Shown one piece after another: positions 53,347 through 64,000 of a stretch of 64,000 bases of DNA. The stretch comes from Nageia nagi (lineage: Eukaryota; Plantae; Pinophyta). The notes below the pieces were generated by a model. The model was given only the letters and a program-made list of their open reading frames with translations, had not been told where the DNA came from and ran no database searches. Within the stretch, counting starts at the first letter, position 1; each line of letters opens with the position of its first letter. The stretch is from NCBI GenBank assembly GCA_050084985.1, contig JBITNC010000001.1:112096001-112160000 (forward strand), given 5' to 3'. A program made the translations under genes and the position numbers.

Positions 53347-56061
53347 TGAATACATCATGGTAAGAAGATTGGGAGGAGAGATTATGGGATCAAGATTTAA
53401 GAATATTTATGAGGACATATGAAATAATTACAAACTAATATTTTCCATTACCTCTCTCATTATTTGAAATTTTAAGGTTGATATTCATAGTGTTGGTAGA
53501 TTCTCTACTCCTATTTTGATCTAGTTAGTGGTTCCATCACATTTCTATTAGGGAGTTAGATCTATAGAATGTTGGCCACTGTATTTTAGGAATAACAACT
53601 CTACAAGGTAGAGAATAGGGAGTTGAAGATATATGACCACACTAAAGTAGCTACTTGTCTCAAAGATAGAATGTAAGATTAATCACCTAGGAATATGCAT
53701 TATCTACTTACCAAGAAGAATACAATATGTATTGAACTAAAACCATTCCAATCCCAAAACAAGACAAGGAAGTGTTACTTATGTGGTCCTCAAATAAATG
53801 ATAATAATGCATTACAATAATATTTATAAGATACAAGAAGTGAATAGAAGACCCACAATGTTGGTAGTTTAGGACTCAAGCTAGATAGAGGTCATGCAAA
53901 TGCAAGACCTCTCATACACATATTATGATGTGCACTCTCCACATTTGGAGATGCTAGGAAGAGCCCCCTCCCAAGTGCAATGGAATTTCCCTACCTAGGC
54001 AATCATCCTTGCCGATCACCCATTGAAACCTCCTAGTTAAGTATACTTTCATGCTTCTCCTCCCATCCAATTTATCCTCTATTTTCATATCCTCCCCCTC
54101 GACACTCTTGCATGTGGGATCATCATGGAATCTTATGTTCAATTTAAGCATACATAAATAATTTGTAGCTTCCCAATATATTCTTTAATGGTCTTCAATG
54201 GTGCCACCCCATTTAAGCTCATATTGAGTTTATGATATAATAGCTTTAACAAAATTTACACTGCATACCATACATTCCTTTTATAATATAGAAATAAAAC
54301 CTTTATTGCATTATAATATATATTTTTTCTAATAATTTAAATAAATAATAAAAAATAAAATATCATACATAGTTTTAATTATGTTTATAAAATTTTATAT
54401 ATGATTTAGATGTCAACAAAATTAATCATTCATATCTTTTTTGAGAATAAAGAGTATTGCTACCTTAGAAATAAGGTTTTTTTGTCAATTCAAGGTGTTG
54501 TGGGCTATCCTAGATTCAAAGGTATAAAAGGTATAATATAACACCTCACTAATAGGACATGTGTGAAATGATTAATTTTCATCCTCTTGAGTTCTCCTTA
54601 AGAAAATAATCATTACTAGATGTTATTTTAACACATATGCTAATATAGATTTAAAAAGATTAAATCATTGTATTTTAGTATTTATGTCGATCATATGTAA
54701 TATGTTATTTAAAATATCTATATTTACCTGAATAGTTAATATGAAAATTATAGTTAACTACTATTCATTATTTTTTTTACAAAATCTAATATATGTTATC
54801 ATATTAATAATATAATATTTCTATATTATAACATTTCATGTTTGATTACAAGTAGTCTTTTTATTTTTATTTTATGCATATCTCACTACTCATAATCATG
54901 GGAAAATGATGTAAAACTAAAATATTTATTAAATTAACATATCATTACTACCATCTCAATTATTTATATATACTTCATATCAAGTATATTGATTATTTTA
55001 TTTCACATATCTCACATATAAAAGGTTGTTAATCTTTAATTGCAAATAATCCCTCCATACAATGCTATTCAAGGTGTAAATGAATAATGATGCTATTATA
55101 ATATAAACAATTTGAATATATTTTAATAAATTAATGATAAGTCATTATAGTATATAAAAAATTTGTTATTTAATAATTAATTGTATATTTTTTAATCTAT
55201 CATTTATTCATCTTGTTTATTATACTATTATAATTGTAATATTTGTTTTTAATAATATTTTATCTTGTATACTATATAGGTAACATCATTGTCATAAATT
55301 ATATTTTTTATATCTTAATTATAATTCAATATATATTACAAAACTGTATTAATAAATATATATATGGAGTTTAATATTATAAAAGATAAAATTTTATTAT
55401 CAAGAGAAGTAATTTATTGTAATGTTTTTTTGCTTATTTTATTGTTAGTTTGATAAAGTTAGTATGAATTTTATACATTTTTCTTTTCCATATCAATTAT
55501 ATTTGAATAAATATGACATTATATTCTTGCACAATCCTCTAAATTTTGAAACTCATAATGATTGAGGAAGCAATCCATCATATTTTACTTAGATACAAAG
55601 ATCATCCAACATATTTATGGTTTTTACTACTTTTTAGTACTTAAAATACAATTTATATCCATTATGTCCTTATGAATTATTAAGTTGATATATCATATGC
55701 AAATACTTTATTTTATTACTATATTTTCTAATAGTATGATTACAAATTACTAGGGTAAAATAACATGCAAATACCATATTATCAAAATGGATACATGAAA
55801 ATTTCATATTATAATGTAATAATTGAAATTCATAATATTATAATAAAATTTTATTTCATAAAAAATTACATATATTTGTGTACTAAATTTTATTTATCAT
55901 TTAAAAAATAAATACGTATCTGTAATCTCTAAAAATTAATGAATATAAATTATTTATCAATTATTCAACATCCTATGACTTCTTTTTATATATAATCTTA
56001 ACAATTTACATGATAATAAAATAAATAATAATAATAATAATTAAAAAAAAACACTAAAATA

Positions 56062-56082
56062 ATGATGATGATGATGATGATG
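56062..56082 (+). repeat. (ATG/GAT)n microsatellite
   Basis: Directly visible. Confidence 0.9.
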
Positions 56083-57574
56083 TAAGCATAATAATCCAAA
56101 ATTAATTGTAAAAAAAATCTTGATTTGTAGAGATAATTTGAGAAGAAAATAAAAAAATTATATCATTATGCACATATCAATAACTTTTTACTTTCAAAAG
56201 TATTAAATAATAACGATTGTTGTCAGGTTATAAGTTAATAGTTATAATAGTAAAATATAAGTATGTTGTATTATTAAAAATATTTTATAAAACATAATAT
56301 TCTTAAATTTATCAAAATGATTATGAAAGTAAATATTTATTGTAAATATAATCTTCTTGTAATCATAATACATTAATTATGTGTTTGTACCTATAGGAAT
56401 TATTATCTATTAAAATATTTTCCATGTTCTTCACAAGAATATTGCATTCAATCAATAAAAAATAAAGTAAATAATAAGATAAATGTTAAACTATACTTTT
56501 TTAGATATATCATTAGAAAACCAAACAACATCCACATAAGAAAAATTAAAATTCAAATGGAAAATTTTATATTCAATCCAATAAAAAATATTATATATAA
56601 TAATTACAAAGGAAATTAAAGAAAAATATACTAGCTGAAAGTATTCAATAAAAATAAGTTCATATCTATTTCAAAGTATGATATTGAACTATCACTTTTT
56701 AAAAGATCATATTTTTAAGTAATAACACATGTTATTATGGTAAATTTATTTTTATTACTATTTAATTTATGAAATATTTGTTATAAATTAATTATGTTAT
56801 ATAAGATGTCTTATTTATAAATTAAATGATTAGTTAAAAGATATAGTATGATAATATGCAATATTAGTATAATGATAGCACACGTGGCCATGTAAAACAA
56901 AAAAAAAAAAATTGAAAGCTAAAATCTATTTCATGGTCCACCTCTTCTATAGCAAATTCTCAATTGCCAATTTGGAAATGAGCTTCCAAAGCTCAAAGGA
57001 GAATGCCTACGGCATAAAATTACATCCAAATAAATCAAACAATTTTCTTCATAATATTTTATTTCTTTCATGGGATCTACATGACCTTAGTAGCCCATTT
57101 CATTTGCTTGTTTCTTTATTTTATTTTTGAAAAATAAATAATCTCATTCTAATAATAAATGCTTTTCCACCAACATGTATTCAAACCCAGGATTAATACA
57201 TACAACCAATTCAACTATGCATATAACCTAAAATTAGAAGTATATATTTATACAAGAAATGAAAGTTATGCAAATGAGAATCAATATTATATTTATTTTA
57301 TATAAAACTTATATCATTTTGTATGATATTCATATTTTAGACCATCATATCCCTTTTAGTCAAGTGATTCAAAAATTCTAAACTTTTGAATTAGAATGAA
57401 CTTCAAATTCATGTGAGATAACTAGATGAGATCTTTATAAAATATCATGAGAGTTGGAATTTTTAATGAGTTAAAAAATTTATGTGAGATAACATCAAAT
57501 TAATGTGAGATATGAAATTAGCTTTATAATATAAGTTGGAGCAAATTTTTGATTATATTCATGCAAAAAAGAGC

Positions 57575-58085
57575 AATCATGAAAAAGGAAAGCTAAAAGC
57601 TATACCTAAACCACTAAAAACTTGGACGACTATGGTCATGATGGTGAATCTTGATGATATTGTTACAAAGAAATTAGGGATAAGAATCATCAAGAATGTT
57701 GATAGGATTACATTCTCAAGGACATTTTGGATAATTTAAGGGATAAGAAAAGGAATACTTTGATCGGATGCTTCATTGCATTAATGTCATACTTAGATCA
57801 TATTCATCACTGAATTAGTAAACATTGTAGAGTATCTCGATAAGTTGATAGAGTTGGTTTACCTCATGAATATTTAGTCTTTTTTTTTTACAAATGCATA
57901 AGACATGAACAAGGTTACAAAGTTGGGCAAGTTCTTATATACTTTTTATTTATGTAGGAGACAAAGATGAAGAAGGCTAAAGCGGAAGAAGTGGAAAATA
58001 ATGTTTGAAGGGGAGTATATTTGTTTTGGAGAGAATAAGATGGCCTATCAATGGATCTATTTAGATTATGAAATCTAACTACTAA
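57575..58085 (+). mobile_element. Second, internally deleted copy of the L1 remnant
   Basis: Matches 27155-27500, then jumps at ~57925 to the 28487-28640 equivalent (LFM*ETKMKK). Confidence 0.8.
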
Positions 58086-61000
58086 AAAAGGTTTTCCCTA
58101 TCCTAATACATCTAATAGATTTCTTCATACAAATAGTAAAATAATATTTTGCAACTACATCCTATAGAAAATAAACCAGTAAACAATAAATCAGGCATAA
58201 CTAAATAATTCTAATAAATTTCTAAAATACTCATTTAATGTATGTACATTTTAAAAATAATATAATTTGTATATTAATTTGTCACTATTTTATAAAAGAT
58301 ACTGACGTAAAAAAAAAATATAAAAAATAAAATTAGATATTACCATAATTATTTATGTCATTCTTTTCAAAAACAAGAATCATGTTATAAATTAAATATT
58401 TGATATAAGAAAATAATATATAAATAAAACTTAACCTATATTTCTTTTAATGTCTAATATTACAATAACATATTTTAAAATATAGTATTTATAATGAAGA
58501 AGTTATATGTTACTATGGAGCTTTTTAAATAACTATATTTAATTCCTTTATAGTTCCTACCTTTTTATAATTAGATAAGTAAAGTAATAAAATACTTTGT
58601 TATTATTGTTAGTTTTATGATGCATCTATATCCAAAGCATTTTTGCCACTTTGGATTGGAGTAAACAAAAAATAAATTTTTATATGGATTTTGTATGAAA
58701 TGAATAATTTCTGAACCAATTAAAACTAATCATGCATGTTTTATTCTTTGTATGGTATATGGAAATAATCCATCAAACATGTGTGATTGTAGCACTATTT
58801 AACACAACAAACACACTTAATTTCATAACTCTTCTTTATTTTTGAAATAATAGTATACAACTTAGAAACTTGCTTGATATTGTTAGCTCATGTTCTTTTT
58901 GATGTTGTTCACTCCTTTTATGCTCTTGATATGTGATAATAGTTTTGATGACAAGGTATAAAAATTTAACATGTTTGCATTATCTATACTTTTCTCAATG
59001 TTGTCCACATAAAATAAAAAATAATTAAAAAATTAAATCCAATGGTCAAAAACCAAAAAAAATAAAGTTAAAAATTTAAATCCAAAGGTTAAAAACTATT
59101 TCATGGTAGGCCTACTCTCTAACAAAATTTAAGGTGTGGATTTCACAATGAGCTTGGAAAGGATTTCAAAATGAGCTTCAAAAGCTCAAAGGGTACAACT
59201 ACGGCTTAATGAATTAATAAATTTTAAATAATTATAGTTAGAGATAAAACAAATCAAAATAATTTCTTTTTGAATTTAACTTTGAATACATTTTAAATTT
59301 TTCTTTTACTAATTTTAACATTAATTCAAATAATTGTATAATTATTCATCATCCATGTACTTTTATTTGTATTTCTCTATGACTATTTGGCATCATCTTG
59401 TAAAATATAAAGAACTATAAATAAATACTGATAAATATTCTAAATTGTAATAATAATATGACATATAATCCATTAGAATAAAATTATAAATAAGATAATC
59501 ACTATTATAATAACAACCAAATATATCTAATACTTTGAAATAAAATTTATCTAATATTTTATGTTTAATTTAATTATGTTGGTAGTCTTTCTTAGAAGTT
59601 TTGTGAAAACAAGTTCAAGTCTCCTACCCAACTTAGTGAGAAAAAAATATCCTATTCACTCAAGTTAAAAATAGGAATAATAAACTATAAATAGCCAAAT
59701 TTTGATAAAAAAAATATTTATCAATTTATCCATTCTCTAATGTTGAATTAGCCTTCAAGTTAAAAATTGAGTTTCAAATTCTAATCTTTATGCTAAAATA
59801 ATTTACAATGAAAATATGATATACTTAAATGAATCTAGCTTATACACCCCTACCACTTCTCATTGATATTTTGTATTCATGGAAATTAAACAAGAGACAC
59901 AATCTATAACACTAATTATAATTCCCATTCTTTAGAATTCCTATTCTCCAAGGCATGCCTAAATTGGTTGATTTTCTAAGTTGTATATAATGGTCATCCA
60001 CAAGTAAAGTATAAAAAACCACTTCAACTTCCCCTATACTAGTTTGGAAACAAAACATCAACATTAGTGAACTTGGATGGAAAGATGAACAAAAAATAAG
60101 ATCCTAAAATATGAAGTCAAAATACTCTTGTATCCCTACGACTGCTATTGAACAATATATATCTTCTAGGTCTAAGTTAAGTTGAGCTTCCCAAGTTGGT
60201 CTTAAGTCATGTGAATAAGTTAGAGACTGATTCACAAACCAAAACATGTCATATCAACTATAAGATGATCCTAGATGATGCTAACATCTCTTTCCACTAT
60301 TTATTGAATTACTGAGATCTTTTATTTCTTATTGATCTCATTTCAAAGTAAAATATGAAAACCTTTTAATGAAATTTTTTTGACACCCATGATCTTCATA
60401 TGATGTAATGTTTTTAATATTATAATATGTATTTATTGAATAAGTAATCAATGTACTAGGGTAGTATGAAAATTGATATTATAAATTATATTTTATAATA
60501 CTTAACATTTAAAAAGGCTAAATTACAATAATTTTGTGTATTGAAATATCTTAATTTATTTATTATTTTAAATTTAAAGTATTATTTGATAATATAGGTT
60601 TCAAATATTTTAAAGGTTATGATATTATTTTAGTTTTTTAAACAATTTAATTAATATGATATACTTAATTTGTTCAAGATTTGAAATAAGTATCATTCAT
60701 ATGACATATATTTCATCAAGTAGTTAGGTTCTATAGCATGGTTAGGAAAATCAACCTATTGAAAGTAAAGGTAAAGGTAAAAGTAAAGGTAAACTAGCTA
60801 TTGCAACCTTGTGCAATGGGTATAGTGTAGATTATTAATTGTGCTTTCTAATTTTAAGTGTTTATTTTTATTAAAATAGATGACATAATCAAAACATTTA
60901 ATTAATATGTATTTAATTAATAAATAAATAAGTTTCCTACAAGATGTTAAAAAATTCAATTATTTTCTAATAGGGAAACAAGAATTAGGTACCTTAGGAG

Positions 61001-61096
61001 TAGTTGAGTTGAAATCTTTGTCTTGGACAACATTTTCTCTTCCCCCAACTGAATCTCTTCATCCTTAATAATTGCCTCTATGCTTCATCTTTAGAA

Positions 61097-61283
61097 ACCC
61101 TTATGGTAGTTAAGCATGAGAGGTTGGTCTTCCACCAAACCTGCCAACTTTCTAGAGCCATGGAGTGGTCTAGCGGTAGTGTTATCTCTAAAATGCACAC
61201 AACTAGTAGTAATTCCAAGATATCTTAAAAAATAAGAAAATAGAAACTAGAAGAGAAAACTATTTAGAGAATGAGGTACCCAT
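61097..61283 (-). pseudogene. EXORDIUM/PHI-1-like 5' gene fragment (best copy, ATG at 61283)
   Basis: MGTSFSK*FSLLVSIFLFF../LELLLVVCILEITL/ARPLHGSRKLAGLVEDQPLMLNYHKG resembles the N-terminus of EXORDIUM/PHI-1 proteins (RKLxALVxxQPLxLxYHKG); homology ends abruptly there. Confidence 0.7.
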
Positions 61284-61369
61284 GCTAGTAGTATTTACTC
61301 CTATGTAAAAGGTAATTTAGAAAGTAGATGGAAGGAGAGATGGGAGTTGAGATTAGAAATGTTAAGAGG

Positions 61370-61450
61370 AAAGTTAAATAGTCTATGTAAAGTGGTTTGA
61401 TGTAGTGGTTAATGTGTTGATGGTGATGGCTAAAGGATCATCCTATTGGT
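61370..61450 (-). promoter_or_regulatory. TATA-like (CTATTTAA) and CCAAT elements upstream of the EXORDIUM-like ATG
   Basis: Minus-strand 'gactatttaactttt' ~95 nt upstream of the ATG, followed by a pyrimidine-rich leader; 'ccaatagg' further upstream; partly retained in paralogs. Confidence 0.35.
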
Positions 61451-61995
61451 AAGGGTGTTTTTTACACCTCATTGATTTTACTATCGTGTAGAAGTGGAAG
61501 CCATCACATTGTTCCACAACTTACTTATTAAGGGATGTTATGTGGAATCTCATTCAATTTGCACTTATGTGTTTTAAGGTTCTAATGCCCACAAAGTGAC
61601 TAATACTATTATTAATCATGGTTTAAATTAACAAACTTGCACTACATGTAATACTTTAACATTACTTACTCCCTTCATTAATCCTATAAAAACCAAGAGC
61701 AAAGTACACATCAAAGTTTTTCTACTCTCTTTATGTCAAAGTACCTCATTACTTGTAAGTGACTAAAATAGTTTATTATTCATTAATGTTCTTTATTTAC
61801 TTCAAATATTTCTTCTTTCATTTTTGTGATCCACATTTTTCCTTCTCCAACTCTTTACTCTACAATAGTTAGATGATTTCTAAATAATGACATCGATAAT
61901 CAAAAACATTATTTATTCATACAAATATATAATAAACAACACTTTTTTGAAAAATGAAATGATGGAATGATGAAATTGGTATCCATAAATTTGCA

Positions 61996-62925
61996 TCACC
62001 AATAATCCTCATAAGAATATTCTCCACATTTGAAATGAACAAATCAATTCACATCCCTCATAGCAATGTTCCATGCAATAGTCCTATAGATAAACTTGTT
62101 TGTAGAACTATAATCATTACATAGTCGAAGAATCTTCATAACCTTAGTAACATTTCCAACAAAATCTTTAATAACTTGAATGTAATTACCAACTTGTTTA
62201 AGCAATTTTTTTACATCAACTTCCACATCATTCAACATGGTATTATACTTGGAAATATATATGCTGTTATCTTACTAGATTATTTTTCAATTTCCATAGA
62301 TCTCAAGTGTTTCAATCTATTCTATACAAAAGTTAAATACTTTGTCACTTCAATCTAATATATCCAAGATCTATTATTCCTTATCTTCATCAATGTCTTA
62401 CTCAAACATCATCCTGCTACCTCTTTATAGAAATTTCAAAGAGAACATATGATGAGTATATTTAGTCTCCAACAAAAATAATTGCTATCATGTATCCTAC
62501 TTACATTCATAAGGTGTACATGTACAAACAATAATTCATGCATATTAAATTTCCCAAGAATAATTATAATAAGAGTTGCTAAAGCACCCATCTATTGATC
62601 CTTATTCATTATTTGCAAGTACAACACATAAACATGTTATGTTATTTACATGCTATTTGAAACCACTCTTGTGGATTTCTACACCTACTTCTATAGTTCC
62701 CATCATGGTAAACACTGGAAGGATACAATAAAGGTTGTGGGTTTTGATTTACTCTTGAAAATTGTACCTACCTAAAATTATTTCATGATATCTATATTTT
62801 TTTGATCGCTATGCATCATGAGGCTATAGGTATTTCATTCATCTCATCAAATAACATGCATGCATTCTCTATGTTTCACATTTTGTATACACCTCTACTA
62901 GTGTATTCACCATTACAACATCTAA
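61996..62925 (-). pseudogene. PLS-class PPR-E/E+/DYW pseudogene, copy 5
   Basis: DVVMVNTLVEVYTKC.NIENACMLFDEMNEIPIAS*; MLNDVEVDVKKLL..KVMKILRLCNDYSSTNKFIYRTIAWNIAMRDVN*FVHFKCGEYSYEDYW*. Confidence 0.9.
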
Positions 62926-63150
62926 ACTTCTTTTAAATATCCTTTAGTTGGGCTTTGATGGTGTTGGGAAAGGTGGATAAGAGATTCTCCAACAACCCAA
63001 GTGCAATGAAAACTATCCAAATTACTAGCAAAGTAGCGTCCTCAACCTCCACATAAAGTTAATAGATACATGATGTAATAAATCAATGATCCAAAGAATT
63101 TGTATCATCAAAAATGATCCAAAAATTATTATTAATCTTTGATTCAACAT

Positions 63151-63627
63151 TATGGGAGATATGGTCAAAGATGGCTTTATGGCTTTATCCAAATATTATC
63201 ACTATCCTACTTATGATCAAATTACAAACATCTTTACAAAGCCATTCCTAGGGATCATTTTTCCTACCTTCAAAGCCAACTTGGATCTATACCTTAGACA
63301 TTTAGGGGGCAACTTATTGGAAAATTTTTACTATAATAGGGTACTCATTGGACTCTATATATATTGCACCTTTTTTTACTTTCTTTTCTTTGTATTTTAT
63401 TTTTCGACCAACAAAGAAAATGATCTCCTTTTGTCATGGAGATTAAGGGGATGATTGAAAATATTAATCTCCATTCCAAACATTACTTTTATTCTTCAAA
63501 CTCTATCTCTATTCTCCAGCATCACTTTTATTCTCCAAGCTTGAAATTCATTCCCAACTGTTACTATTATTCTTTGGGCTCTATCTCCTCACTTTGAGAC
63601 TTCCTTATTCGAACCTATTTTCCAACA
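63151..63627 (+). mobile_element. Duplicated 3' end of the copia element (RNase H tail, PPT, LTR stub)
   Basis: Homologous to ~41495-41961; DQITNIFTKPF; same LTR truncation point. Confidence 0.9.
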
Positions 63628-63811
63628 TACGATTCTTAAATTTGAAATACTATTCATGGTAAGAAATTTAAAATAATATCTCATATTTTTCACATTTATT
63701 TTACTATATGATTTATCTTTATCATGTAATTTCTCCTTTTCATAACTTATAGTTTTCTTTGTTAGGTCTAGCAAACATAGCCATAATCACTTATCGAGGA
63801 AGCTACATAGT

Positions 63812-64000
63812 CTACACACCACATATCTTCAGTGAAAGTGGCCTTTTCTTCTTCAAAATTTTAACTCTTTATGAGGCATTACTTAAATTGGTAGAATGTG
63901 AAAGACCTATAAAGTCATGCATGTTGGTCATCAACCAGTTAAAGAGATGTGTAAATCTCTTTCTCATTTGGAAAATAAATAAAATAACCTATAGTATGCA
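63812..64000 (-). pseudogene. 2OG dioxygenase B exon 3 (B3), runs off the window edge
   Basis: Matches 23577-23765 ('aaatctctttctcatttggaaaataaataaaataac') and has no copia at the site used in B2. Confidence 0.85.

Larger units (their letters stand above)
1..64000. repeat. Degenerate tandem array of a ~19-kb composite unit (EXO fragment - PPR-DYW relic - exon-like blocks - AT-rich spacer - 2OGD-A - 2OGD-B - L1 remnant - AT-rich spacer), at least 6 partial copies
   Basis: The same blocks recur in the same order and orientation. 'aagaaaatagaaactagaa' occurs near 1, 8884, 43029, 46686, 61234; 'gaattagccttcaagttaaaaattgagtttcaaatt' near 7009, 30214, 44836, 59745; the dioxygenase block 19250-23670 recurs at 31410-36723. 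Copies differ by large deletions and many transitions. Confidence 0.9.

Overview
Very AT-rich, CpG-depleted plant nuclear DNA; the style of the gene relics suggests a gymnosperm (inference). I see no intact protein-coding gene. Almost the whole window is a decayed, rearranged head-to-tail array of one composite unit of about 19 kb (best-preserved copy ~8630-31400). On the minus strand the unit carries: the promoter and first ~60 codons of an EXORDIUM/PHI-1-like gene, a PLS-class PPR-E/E+/DYW pseudogene (5 copies), several unidentified exon-like blocks, and two paralogous DOXC-class 2-oxoglutarate/Fe(II) dioxygenase pseudogenes (A and B; 5 full or partial copies). It also carries a plus-strand L1 LINE remnant. 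A degenerate Helitron-type 3' end (hairpin + CTRR|T) lies in the same orientation as the gene pieces, so the unit may be a gene-capturing non-autonomous Helitron; this is a hypothesis. Later events include a Ty1/copia insertion into dioxygenase B, a 4.2-kb TG...CA element with a 5-bp TSD, a 1.08-kb TIR element, a 1.37-kb tandem duplication and a 1.85-kb triplication with an unequal-crossover signature. All assignments come from manual translation and comparison by eye; boundaries are approximate unless a motif is quoted.
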